Below are positions 1 through 10,447 of a stretch of 64,000 nt of DNA, piece by piece. Within the stretch, counting starts at the first letter, position 1. Every line of letters begins with the position of its first letter. The translations under genes and the position numbers were made by a program. Under the pieces are notes generated by a model that was not told the origin of the DNA, made no database searches, and saw only the letters and a program-made list of their open reading frames with translations. Source of the DNA: Candidatus Latescibacterota bacterium (GTDB lineage Bacteria > Latescibacterota > UBA2968 > UBA8231); contig OZ244235.1 in the NCBI GenBank assembly GCA_965217095.1, positions 4,488,175 through 4,552,174 on the forward strand, written 5' to 3'.

Positions 1-2138
1 AGCGAGTTGATGTCGTAGGCCGAGCAGGTCTTGTGCGCGATGATGTTGGACGTCGCTAGTGCGCCCCACTCGTCTTTTGTCTGCCTCGTCGTAATAAGGC
101 CGACATTCTCCCCCGCGAGCAGATGCGGCATCGCTTCGGTCCGGGGCCTCCACACTACGGACGGATGCCAGAAGATGAACCGTTCGTCGAAGGGCCGATA
201 GAGAATCTTGGTGACGAAGTCCTCTAACCGCTTCCGCTTTGTGGCCGCGCGGAGTTCGCGCCGAGCCGCAGCGACTCGCCAGGCGTAGTTCTCTTTCAGA
301 CCGAGACGCTTCTTGACCTCGCTGTCACTCAGTCGGTTATCAAGAAACGTTTTGATGCGATCCAGCAGGGCACTCGGTTCGAGGTCGATGACGAAGCCAT
401 CGCGCGCCGTGACGATTCCGGTCACGTTGACGGCCATCAGCTCGTTGATTGCACGCCAGCCGTAGTAGGCGCCCGTTCCTGCGTCATCGAAGGGCTCGAA
501 CAGATGGAACGGCGGGCCTGGTTCCAGCCGCACCCATTCGGTGTCGGCAGAGCCGTGCTCCCATAGCCAGCGGTACTTCTGCTCCCGTTCGCCCCAGAGA
601 TCGGTGTGGCCTCGTGCGCCAGGGCGGGCAAGAAGTCGAGCATGAGCTGCTCGTCCCCCGCCGGCTCCAGCGCATTCGTGAGGTACACCCGTGCCCGCTC
701 GTCGCTTTCGAAGCGGTAGCCGGTCTCGAAAAGCTTGAGCCCGATCTTGAGGTGCGCGATGGCGTATGGGGCCATCAGCAGCTCGTAGCTTGTGGATGAG
801 GTCGATGACCTCGACGAGGAAGGTGCCGGTGGCCGGGTCGAGGATCTGAACGAAGGCCTGGGTGGGCGAGTTGCCTTCCGGGATCTTCAGTTCCTCGTGG
901 CGCTTCGCCATCTCGCCCCAGGTGGTGGAGTCGGCGAGGCCGTCGGTGAGGCCGAACTCGATCCGTAAGAGCTCGTCCACCGAGCGCACGATGTAGGAGA
1001 CCACCGGGCGTGGCGTGTAGAAGACGCCCCGGCTCACCTTCTGCTTCTTGTCGTAGGCGGCGAGGAAGTGCTCGTAGAAGTGGATGACCGGGTCTTCCTG
1101 GGGGTTGCGGTCGCCGAAGTCGCGGACGACGGCTTCGATGTTGGCTTGGTCGAGCAGCTCCACAACCTCGGAGACACCCAGCTCGTCGAAGTCGATGCCT
1201 GGCCCGCCGGCCTTGCCGCGGCGACCGCCCACGCGCAGGAAGGTTTCCATCAGCTCCCGGAGGAATGGGTTCGTCCGCATGTGTGCGGCGAAGTCGTCGG
1301 CGGTGCGCCGCGCGGGGTCGGTGATGCGGGCCGAGAGCAGACCGTAGGCGATGGTCTAGGCGTACATGTCGGCGAAGCCAGCCCCGTCCAGGTCGTGGAC
1401 GAGCGCGGTCTGGAACGCCTTCATGAGCTTCGTGAGCGGGCCGGTCTCGGTCTCGATGGCGAGCGCCGTCTGGATTCGGTCGCGGATCGCGCGGGCCAGC
1501 TCAGCCAGGCGCTCGGAGAGCTCCTTCGAGGTGGTGATGACCTCGCGGTGGCGCAGCTTAAAGGCGGCGCGCCAGCGCTCGCTCCAGGCGTCGGGGTCAC
1601 TCTCGTCGTCGGGCCAGGCGAGGTGCGTGGTCAGCTCGCTGGCCACGGCGTCCAGGTGAAGCGGCGTGTCGAGGTTGTCCCACCCGAGCACCTGGAGGGT
1701 CGGCAGGTCGTGGCCATCCCGGAGCTTCGAGAAGTGGGCGAAGGCGATCCGGCGTTCCTCACCCTCGCCGTAGTTGGACACGAAGAGCAGGTCGTCGGCG
1801 GCCCAGGCTTGACGCTCGGACTTGTTGGCCGAGGCGCGCCTCTTGAGCACCACCTGGCCGAGGATGCGGCGCAGCGCCAGCACGGGCAGGCGCTGCGGCT
1901 CGAACTTGACGAAGAAGATGCCCCAGGGTTGGCCCGGTACGAGCGGGCGCAGGCGCTTGATCTCCTGGATCTTGGCCGCGTTCTTCGCGTCGATGCCGAG
2001 CTCCTCGGGGGTATAGTCGAAGGTCAGCTCTTCGAAGTCGTCCGAGCCGATCGGCCAGCCCAGCTCGTCGCGGAGGTAGGCCACGAGTTGGTCGAAGCGG
2101 CGGATGCGGGCGAGGCGTTCGCGGTGGTCGGTCGACAT
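1..2138 (-). pseudogene. Type IIG / BREX PglX-like N6-adenine DNA methyltransferase. Disrupted by an in-frame TAG at ~1353-1355, at least two frameshifts (~780 and ~600) and probably an internal deletion of the NPPY region. Truncated by the window edge.
   Basis: Minus-strand N-terminus MSTDHRERLARIRRFDQLVAYLRDELGWPI…FDYTPEELGI. Downstream in the same frame: HFYEHFLAAYD, GVFYTPRPVVSYIV (motif X) and ILDPATGTGTFLVEVIDLI (motif I). After the shifts: PYAIAHLKIGLKL and ILYRPFDERFIFW C-terminal helper motifs. The ORF track shows pieces 1356..2138, 437..775 and 484..675 in three frames. Confidence 0.6.
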
Positions 2139-2142
2139 CGGT

Positions 2143-3544
2143 TCAGCCCTCGTTTAGCTCCATCCAGCAGCCAAGCCGCGGTTTGGCTCCGACGGGGGCA
2201 TCCACGCGCTTCAGGTAGCTGTTCTTGATGTGCTTCTCGATCCGCTTGCGGATGTCAAGGAGCGTCTTCTCCTCCGTGGTGCAGCGCCGGGGCGTCTCAG
2301 GCTTCGAGCGGACGCTGGCGACGACCTCGCCCGGCTCCTCGAGGATAGTCTCGCGGCAGAGGTCGTAGAGGTACCAGTGGGTGGTGCCGGCCTCCTCGGT
2401 GAATTCGTTCTTCTCCTTGTCGAGGGCGGGGAGCACGTAGCAGAAGAAAACACCGCGCACGCCCCTCACTGGGCGCTCGCGGCCGCTGAAGATCGCACCG
2501 GGGAAGCGAGCGAGGCGCGCCTCCAGCTCCGGGTCGGCCTGGAGCAGCGCCTGGTACTCGAGGTGCATGTCCTCCAGGGCCGTGCGCGTGCCCTCGTAGG
2601 CGTGATGGAACTCCTTCAGCGCCGTGTAATCGTCCTCCGGGGTGAGGAGCTTCTTGCCCTCGATGCCGAGGGTCTTGGAGATGAGGAGCGTCTTCTGCGT
2701 GACCTTCGTGTAGAGCGAGAGGATCTCGTTCAGCTCATCGGGCGGGAGGAAGTTCCAGAACCAGACCTTGCCGCGCGAGGCGGCCACCTCGGGATGGTCG
2801 GCGACGAGCCGCTTCTCGATTGCGGGATTCATGCGCCGGTCCACCCGGCCGATGCGCTGCATGAGGCGCACTGGGTTCCAGTGGATGTCGTAGTTGGCCA
2901 TCCGCGAGGCGTCCTGGAGGTTCAGTCCCTCGGAGAGGACATCGGTGGAGATCAGGACGCGGATTTCCTCGCGGCCCTGCTCGGCGCGTTCCAGTGCGTC
3001 TCGAACCACTCCTGGAGCTGCGCGACCTCGCGGGCGCTCTGGATCTGTACGTTCAGCTCGATGTTCTTCGTGAGACCCGGCCGCGTGAAGTTGCTGGAGC
3101 CCACCAGCGCCTGGGCACCCACGACCTCGAGCTTTGCGTGGGTGATGTAAGCCTTGGCGTGGAACTTGCCCTTGCCGTAGACACGGCATTCGATCTGCCC
3201 GGAGCGGAGCGCGTCGAGGATCCCAGGGACCCCGTGCAGAAAGGGGTTCGGCTCCTTGTCCTCCTCGATGCTTTCGTCGAGCCGGTCGAGCGCCTGCACC
3301 CGGACCGCTCCGAGAATGGCCTTCCGAGTCCGGTGGGTAGTCTCCGCGCCCATCAGGATCCGGACCTTGTCGAGCCCCTGCCATTTGCCGTCGAGGGTGA
3401 GCAGAGCGCCGATCTCGAAGTATCCGGTCGCGATGTCGAACGCCTTCGCGATGCTGGACCCTCCTCCAAGTACCGGAGCCTGGTCCAGCCGGAGACACTG
3501 TTGTCGACGATGAAGAGCCCGTGGCCCTTGGAGTCAACGGTCAT
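2143..3544 (-). pseudogene. PLD-family (HKD) nuclease domain fused to an SF2 helicase C-terminal domain (motifs V/VI only). Pieces lie in three frames. The RecA1/Walker domain is absent, so this is a remnant of a nuclease-helicase restriction/defence gene.
   Basis: Frame 2952..3353 contains KFHAKAYITH…LVGSSNFT (HKD motif). Frame 2143..~2950 contains VLISTDVLSEGLNLQ and YDIHWNPVRLMQRIGRVDR (helicase motifs V/VI). The N-terminal piece 3353..3544 is in a third frame. Start and stop overlap the neighbouring genes. Confidence 0.5.
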
Positions 3545-3941
3545 GACGCTTCCCTGCGCACCTCACCCGCCCGCGGATAGGGGCGTCCATATTCTTCCCC
3601 CCTCTCTGGGAGCGCTGGTAATGCGCGGCGCAGAGTCCGAGTGCGTGGTGCTTCCGCCGGCAATATCTGCACCCTGTGTGGTGGCCGTGCTCCTCGATGA
3701 CGGCCCCCATGTTGTGCGCCCCGCGCAACCAGCGCTTGTAGTGCATCTCACAATACCCGCGGGCAAGGTGCTCCCGGTCACACTCCTCGCCGGACTCGTA
3801 CACGTAAGAGCAGGTTCTTCTATTCGTCGTCACCGTAGCCCTCCTCTTCGAAGCGACCTCCGTGTGGGTGTGTGTGGACTGAGGACAGACATACTTTGAT
3901 GCGGTGTCAAGGGTTTTCTGGAGTGGCCCTATTCCTGTCAT
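3534..3941 (-). CDS. Small Cys/His-rich protein with two tandem zinc-ribbon-like repeats (C…C…GYCxxHYxRWxRG). First gene of the minus-strand operon with the PLD/helicase and MTase pseudogenes.
   Basis: CSYVYESGEECDREHLARGYCEMHYKRWLRG and CRYCRRKHHALGLCAAHYQRSQRGG repeats. Its stop overlaps the start of the downstream gene. Confidence 0.4.
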   Translation of the reverse strand: MTGIGPLQKTLDTASKYVCPQSTHTHTEVASKRRATVTTNRRTCSYVYESGEECDREHLARGYCEMHYKRWLRGAHNMGAVIEEHGHHTGCRYCRRKHHALGLCAAHYQRSQRGGKNMDAPIRGRVRCAGKRHDR

Positions 3942-4140
3942 TTGGAGGGGGAAAACCGGTGACGTTCAGGGGGCCGGGAGACGGCTGCGGCGGCGGCGGC
4001 GCGCGGCGCGGGAATGGAGGCTTTCGGGCGCGCTAGGCACCGCCTTCCGGCGCCGCGGAGACGGCGAGCGGATCCCCCCTTCCAGAGGGGAAGGGGGGTG
4101 CTGTCGAGGCGTCCCCGCGGGGGCTCTCCGACCGGGTTTG

Positions 4141-4170
4141 GACTAACGATAAGGGGTATTATCGTTAGTC
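4141..4170. repeat. Perfect 12-bp-arm palindrome GACTAACGATAA-GGGGTA-TTATCGTTAGTC, ~200 bp upstream of the minus-strand operon start. Possible operator or terminator.
   Basis: Inverted repeat read directly from the sequence. Confidence 0.4.
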
Positions 4171-5111
4171 TAAATCCGCTTTCGAGACCCCTGATTGACC
4201 CCGGTTGAGCATGGATGTGGAGCGCGGGACAGGTAGAGCGGTGAATCGGGACGGCGGCGGCGGCGCTGGACACGGAAGGAAGTGAGATCGGGACGCGATC
4301 GAGACCGGCGGCGGGACGGTGGGCACCGTGGGGCGGTATCCAATCCGGCGGGGGGGCGTGTTTCGGCGTCTGGTACTCAAGTGGGGTGTACGTAATATCC
4401 CCCAAAAAAATCAGCATGATACGCATCAATGGACTCGTCTGCGTTGCGAGACGAGCTTCAGAAGTTGAACGATAGTGGTCAGCTGCGAGCGAATCCCATA
4501 ATAATCGCTACCGTCCACGCAACAAGGAGAGATTCAAAAACGGGACTTATCACCATTCAAACATCTGACAGCTTTCAGTCCCCAACGAAGACTTTTCGGG
4601 CTGACCACCACGGCCATGCCGAGGCGGTGGCTCAGTAGGCGAAGTGCTGCCCGACCGAGTCAACGGACCAAGATCACGAATTACACGATGAGGGCGATTG
4701 GCCGGCTGGAGGATTTCGCCGCGCATCTCGCCCTGGTTTGCTGGGTCCGACAGAAAGGTTGGCGTGGACATTCGCCCAGGCCGCCGATCAGATAAACGAC
4801 GCCGATCAAGTCTTTCCAAATGCGAACTCATCCCGTGTCTACCCTGGCGCCGCTTCCGATGATGCGCGTTATCCCCGGCGGATGCGCCACGCCCTTGACG
4901 CGCTTTTCGGAGACCACGGGGCATGAAAGGCGGGACTGAATTTGGGACATTGCCCGCCGTCTGAAGCAGAACTGCCCGCACCTCTGACTCAGCCTCAGCC
5001 GGTAGAAGCCAACGGCTTCAGGCTCAACGAATGTTAGCGGGGTAGGCAGAGCGAGGCCGCCCGCGCCGCCACCGTCATTGCCTCGCGTTTTAGCCGACGA
5101 GGAATTGCGCC

Positions 5112-5669
5112 ATGTATGTTACGGCGCAGAGGCGTAAGTCTGTTAGGGACGAGGAGTTCCGCGCGTTTTTGCGGGGGGCTGGGTATTCCGATGTACAGAT
5201 TGACGCCGTTGGTCCCAGAGTGACCGAGCGCATAAAGCAGCTTGCCAAAGCCGAGTACGACGCGGGAGAACTGTCCACAACCATATCAGTTCCAGCTCAG
5301 CCGGTAGAAGCCAGACCACCCGCGCCGCCAGTTAAGCCCGAAACTGTTGAGCCTAAAGCTGTTGTGGATGTTGGCAAGGCCGACGTGAAAGTCCAGGGCT
5401 ACGAGGACACCTCCCTCCCCGACAACTATTTCGATCTGGCCATATCGAACGTGCCGTTCGGAGACTGCACCGTGCACGATCCGGCCTACCCGTCTTTGCG
5501 GCCGATCCACAATTACTTCTTCGAGAAAAGCCTCGATAAGGTCCGCTCCGGCGGCGTGGTCGCCTTCATAACCAGCCACTTCACCCTTGACAGCAAGGGC
5601 GCGGAGTTCCGCAAGATGTTAGCCCAAAAGGCCGACCTCCTGGGCTCTCTTTGCCGAACTTTTGCGTGA
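5112..5669 (+). pseudogene. Fragment of a PglX/Eco57I-family N6-adenine MTase carrying motif IV and the post-motif-IV region. Motifs X and I are missing. It ends a few hundred bp before the IS256 left end.
   Basis: YFDLAISNVPFGD (N-V-P-F variant of NPPY/F) followed by IHNYFFEKSLDKVRSGGVVAFITSHFTL…GAEFRKML, the typical PglX/type IIG pattern. A low-complexity Pro/Val-rich stretch sits upstream. Confidence 0.35.
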
Positions 5670-6589
5670 CCACCCTCTTGAAAGGCTCCTCCTCGACCTC
5701 TACGCCGGCCCCTTTTTTGGGTAATAACATAGTTGACTCAGTAAGCGAGCGCCTTTATGATGCTCCGCGATGACATGGGTCATCCAGCCCTCCATTCCCC
5801 ATATGAAACTTGAAAAACGCTTTTCAAAGGTGCCATAAGATGTTATTAGACAATATAATAACGATCGTTTCTGGCCGATGAATATGGGTCATCCAGAGGG
5901 TGAAAGCATGAGAATGGGAGTTATTGTCAAAAGTTGTGGATCTGGAGGGACAGGGCCACCAAGGCGATCGACGGCATAAAGGGAGAGAGCGTATCCTCAG
6001 GGTGACCACAAACACACCCGTACCCCGTAGACGCGGGGAGGAGGATACGCTCGTGGAAGAATCTACGATCATCATGGACCATGGCGCGATAGCGCGAGGG
6101 CAGTGCGAGTCGGCGTTGGAGACGATCCTGCGTGAAGGCGGTCGTCGCTTGCTGCAGGAGGCTCTGGAGCTGGAGGTTGAGCAATACATCGAGCGCTTTC
6201 AGCAGTTGAAGCGTGAGAGCGGCCAGGGCCTGGTGGTACGCAACGGCTACCACCAGGAGCGCGAGCTGGTAACCGGCGCTGGGAAGGTCCCGGTGCGCCA
6301 ACCGCGCGTACACGACCGCAGGCCAACGGAGCGCTTCACCAGTGCCATCCTACCACCGTATCTACGGCGCACGCCCAGCATCGACGCCTTGATTCCGGCG
6401 CTCTGCCTGAAGGGTGTTTTCGACCTCCGCCTTCCCGGAAGCGCTGCAGGCGATCCTGGTGACGGTGTGGTCGGTTTATCGGCGAACAACGTCGTGCGAC
6501 TCAAGCAAGTCTGGGAGCAGGAGTTCCAGGCCTGGTCGAAGCGCGACCTGCACGGCAAGCGCTACGTCTACCTGTGGGCGGACGGAATC

Positions 6590-8499
6590 GTGCGCCACGA
6601 GGCGCCAGAGAACCGGGTGGGATGCAAGGACCCACCAACGGGCTGTCGCAGCAGCCTCGACAACGACAGAGTGGAGTGGCACCTTCAGACACTCCACGTC
6701 TGGCAAGCAAGACGGAATGGTGTAACCCGAAGTGAACCAATGATGGAACCCCCTTTAGCGGCCCGCCAACCCAAACCTGGTGGATAAGGGTTGGTACGCA
6801 ACGCACGTGGTCGGATATATGACCCGACTGCGACTCTGGGGAGGTGTGATACCCACCGAAGCAGAGGCCTTGGAGAATGCCTGCGGCGTACCCAAGGCGA
6901 AGTTGCGGGGGAAAAGCTGGGCACCTCCCCCGTCAAACGGTTCATGGTGAACGTGGGAACCGAGCCGAGTCCGACCGTTATCGGAGCAGCGCGCTGTCCG
7001 CTGTGGGGTTTGGCAAGGGGCGGAGCCTCTGTAGTAGTCCGCGAGCGGGAAAGCCGCTTACATGGCGAAGGGAGGCAGCAAGTTGCGCAGTGGGGTACTG
7101 GAAAAACAGGAGGACGCCGGTGAATGCCAGCGCTTCGTGGCCCGAGGCAGAACAAGCCCGTAATCGAGTACTGGAAATCCAGACCAAACTGCACCGTTGG
7201 GCTGTAGAGGATCGAAGCAAGTGCTTCGACGACCTGTTCAACCTGGTGTGTGACCCGGCGTTTTTGAGTGTAGCCTGGCGTCGGGTGCGCAGCAACAAGG
7301 GTGCTCGTTCGGCCGGAGTGGACGGACAAACGGCCTACTCTGTGGAGACGGAACGCGGCGAGGAGACCTTTCTCGCCGAGGTGCAGGTTGATCTGAAGAC
7401 CCGCAGTTTCCGGCCTCTGCCCGTACGCGAGCGGTTGATTCCGAAGCCTGGCACAACGAAGAAGCGTCGGCTCGGCATCCCAACCGCTCGGGACCGAGTG
7501 GTCCAAGCAGCACTCAAGCTGGTGCTCGAACCGATCTTCGAGGCGGACTTCAAGCCGTGCTCCTACGGCTTCCGCCCGAATCGGCGGGCTCAGGACGCCA
7601 TCGCCGAGATTCATCAATTCTGCTCCCGCTCTTATGAGTGGGTGGTGGAGGGCGATATCCGTGCTTGTTTCGATGAGATTGATCACGCAGCCCTCTTGGG
7701 CCGCGTGCGTCGACGTATCGGTGATAAGCATGTTCTGAGGCTTGTAAAAGCGTTCTGCAAGGCCGGTGTCCTCACGGAACAATCGGTGTTGCAAGAAAGC
7801 ACTTCGGGCACTCCGCAAGGCGGTATTCTCTCACCGCTGGTGGCGGGCACCGAAGCTGCAGCGTATGACCTGCGCGACCAAACGGGGGTGACTCTCACCC
7901 CCATGGGTCTGCACCTGTCGGAGACGAAGACCGCCATCATGCACATTAGCCGTGGCTTCGATTTCCTGGGCTTTCGCATTCAGAAGCGACGGAAACCGGG
8001 CACGGTTGGCGCACGCATCTATACGTGGCCAAGAAAGGAATCTCTGGCCCGGTTGAAGAGCACGGTGCGCGCAGTCACGAGAACGGGTCGGCAGAGGCCG
8101 TTGAAGAGCCTTCTGGGCCAACTACTTTCACAGTACGGGGTGTCGAAGGCCACTTTCAACTACGTGCGGGGCTTCACTTGGCGCCGCGTAGTGCATTGGC
8201 TGCGCCGCAAGCACCCGCGCTTTAATTGGAGGAAGCTGAAACGCCGCTACCTGCCAGGATGGTGGCCCACCGAGGACGGGATTGCTCTTTACAACGTCGG
8301 CGAAGTAGCAGTGACTCGTTACCGCTATCGATCGGCGCGGATCCCTTCTCCCTGGCCTGCGACAACCGGATGAGACTCTGCGGTCACACGGCACCTTGTG
8401 GAGAGCCGGATGCGTGGTAACGCGCACGTCCGGTTCGGAGGGCGGGCCGGAGAAACCCACATCACGCGTGTGGCGCAGGGCGCTCCGGTCCGACCCTAC
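6590..8499 (+). mobile_element. Group II intron, copy 1 (1910 bp). Inserted in the IS256 transposase ORF between the codons for WADGI and YFNV.
   Basis: 5' GTGCG at 6590. Domain V GAGCCGGATGCGTGGTAACGCGCACGTCCGGTTC at ~8405-8440. 3' end …CGACCCTAC at 8499. Splicing in silico restores a canonical IS256 transposase junction (WADGI-YFNVRLQ). It encodes a reverse transcriptase/maturase. Confidence 0.8.
7120..8373 (+). CDS. Group II intron-encoded reverse transcriptase/maturase (IEP), copy 1. It reads through, but a 29-nt deletion relative to copy 2 removes the domain-X LNPVLRGWANYF motif, so it is probably non-functional as a maturase.
   Basis: RBS AGGAGGA then GTG at 7120. RLGIPTARDRVVQAALKLVLEPIFEADFKPCSYGFRP, SGTPQGGILSPL and YSVETERGE RT motifs. 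Copy 2 has LLRQLNPVLRGWANYFHSTG where copy 1 has LLGQLLSQYG. Confidence 0.65.
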   Translation: MNASASWPEAEQARNRVLEIQTKLHRWAVEDRSKCFDDLFNLVCDPAFLSVAWRRVRSNKGARSAGVDGQTAYSVETERGEETFLAEVQVDLKTRSFRPLPVRERLIPKPGTTKKRRLGIPTARDRVVQAALKLVLEPIFEADFKPCSYGFRPNRRAQDAIAEIHQFCSRSYEWVVEGDIRACFDEIDHAALLGRVRRRIGDKHVLRLVKAFCKAGVLTEQSVLQESTSGTPQGGILSPLVAGTEAAAYDLRDQTGVTLTPMGLHLSETKTAIMHISRGFDFLGFRIQKRRKPGTVGARIYTWPRKESLARLKSTVRAVTRTGRQRPLKSLLGQLLSQYGVSKATFNYVRGFTWRRVVHWLRRKHPRFNWRKLKRRYLPGWWPTEDGIALYNVGEVAVTRYRYRSARIPSPWPATTG

Positions 8500-8769
8500 T
8501 ACTTCAATGTGCGCCTGCAGAAAGATCGCCCTTGCGTGCTGGTCGTGGTCGGCGCCACCGAGGACGGCCACAAGGAGCTGTTGGCAATCCAGGACGGCGA
8601 GCGAGAAAGCCATCTCAGCTGGCTGCACCTGCTGCAGGACCTGAAGGCTCGAGGCCTGAAAGAGCACTCCTTCCTGGCCGGCGCCGACGGCGCGTCAGGT
8701 TTCTGGAAGGCTCTGGAGGAGGCGTTGCCTGGTGCCCGCGCCCAGCAGTGTTGGGTGCATAAGACGGCC

Positions 8770-9902
8770 TGGGGATATCCATTTAACCGGAGTGCGTCGC
8801 GACCCCCATCAGTGTTCGGCCGCCGACCGCCACGGCCGGTTTGCCCCTGGGCGTTCCAGGCTCGTGGGATGCCCTCGCCGTTTGGGCGGCTCGGGGGGCG
8901 GCTTCCTCGGCCGTCGGCTGGCAATGAGATCCTGGAAACGCATCGGCTCGTGGGCCACGGCCAGCTCGAGCACGCGATAAAACACCATGCCGCGGCTGCG
9001 GGAGCGGCGGCGATTGAAGCGGAACACGAACTCGTTGAGGTAGTGGCTCATGTGGGTACTGTCGGCGGCCCCTTGATGCGTTCCCAGCAGCCACCGCTTG
9101 GCCAGTGAGACAACGCGGTGCACGGCGGGCAACAGCTTGTTGGGATCATCGCCCCGAGCGCGGGCCGCGCCCTGGCTGCGCCGATCGTGCTCGTAGCCGA
9201 GCTGAGCCAGTCCCTGATAAGCGGGCCACCCGTCGGTGATGATCGTCGAGCCCGGCTCGACGTGATCCATCACGAACGCGTGCAAGGTCTCGGCAGAGGC
9301 ATCGGCCAGTGGCGACATGCGGCACCGCCCCAATCCTCTCGGCTCATGAACCTCAACTGCGATACCGGTCAGCACCTTCTTGCCCCTAAGCGCGGCCACC
9401 GGCCAGCCCAGGCTCGGCGCCGCCGATGTAGGTCTCGTCCACCTGTACCGTCCCGCTCAACAGATCCCGACCGGGACGTACCAACACCGACCGCAGGCGG
9501 TGCGGCATGGCCCAGGCAGTCTGGTAGGAGCTGATCTCCAGTACTCGCTTCAAGCTCAACGCCGAGATCCCGTCTTTACCGGTGGCGAACAGCCAGCAGG
9601 CGGTGTACCATATCGTCAAGGGTGTCCGCGTCCGATCGAAGATCGTACCGGCCGTCACCGAACTGCGTGTCGAACACGCCGGACACATGAAGCGCCCATC
9701 GCCCAAGCGCCAACCGCCTTCGTGGCCGCAACTCGGACAGACGAAGCCGTCGGGCCACCGCAGCCATTCGAGGTAGTCCAGGCAGTCCGCATCGGTTCGA
9801 AACCAGGCTTGAAACTCGCCAACCGAGCCCGGGTAGTGCTTGCCAGCGCGAGGATACGCCATGCACTGAACATATGGTAACTCCGGTTAAATGGATACCC
9901 CC
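8770..9902 (-). mobile_element. IS1595-family insertion sequence (~1.13 kb) inserted into the IS256 copy-A transposase gene. 9-bp target-site duplication AAGACGGCC (8761-8769 and 9903-9911). Terminal inverted repeats TGGGGATATCCATTTAACCGGAG and CTCCGGTTAAATGGATACCCCC.
   Basis: Inverted repeats and direct repeat read from the sequence. The transposase is in two frames (9386..9862 and 8809..9399): N-terminal zinc ribbon CPSCGHEGGWRLGDGRFMCPAC…VQVDETYIGG, then C-terminal IITDGWPAYQGL…YLNEFVFRFNRR. One frameshift near 9390. Confidence 0.7.
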
Positions 9903-10447
9903 AAGACGGCCAATGTCCTCGACAAGCTGTCCCAGCGGGTGCGCCTTGATGCCAAGAGTCTGTTGCACGAGATGTACCTGGCGCCCGCCCGAGAGGATGC
10001 CCTGGCGGCCTACGACCGCTTCCTGGGCCGCTGCCAGGACAAATATCCCCAGGCCTGCGAGTGTCTGCGCCAGGACCGCGACGAGATGTTTGCCTTCTAC
10101 GATTTCCCGGCCGCCCATTGGGTGCACCTGCGAACGACCAACCCGATCGAATCGACCTTCGCCACGGTCCGCCATCGCACGCGCCAGACCAAAGCCTGTG
10201 GCTCACGCGTCACGGCTTTGACCATGGTCTTCAAACTGGCAACCCAGGCCGAAAGGCACTGGCGTCGTCTCAACAGCTATCAACGCATCACCCATCTCGT
10301 CGATGGCGACACCTTCACCGACGGTGAACTGCAACTCAAAAAAGCCGCATGGAAATCAGCCACGGTCGCCCGGATACGCTCTCTTCCGCGGCCCCGTCAC
10401 GCCATGGACAAACGACCTTCATCCACAACATTTGACAATATCTCTGA

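Noticed and set aside
1068-3899. Plus-strand ORFs 1068..2228 (386 aa), 2230..3150 (306 aa) and 2994..3899 (301 aa)
   Set aside because: Antisense to the MTase and PLD/helicase genes. Low-complexity L/R/A/G-rich translations. The real coding signal (MTase and helicase motifs) is on the minus strand.
4429-4926. Small plus-strand ORFs 4429..4638 and 4738..4926
   Set aside because: No RBS or recognisable motifs. The region is probably a promoter or leader, or degenerate remnant DNA upstream of the MTase fragment. Insufficient support to call genes.
6074-6589. Treating the +1/-1 frameshift pair around 6410-6470 in the IS256 copy-A transposase as a programmed frameshift
   Set aside because: IS256 transposases are single-ORF proteins. 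The two shifts are 45 nt apart inside a conserved segment (STSAFPEALQAIL) and look like decay or homopolymer error, not a slippery-site mechanism.
8128-8667. 179-aa minus-strand ORF inside group II intron copy 1 (and its twin at 30736..31068)
   Set aside because: Antisense to the IEP C-terminus and intron domains V/VI. No motifs. Spurious.
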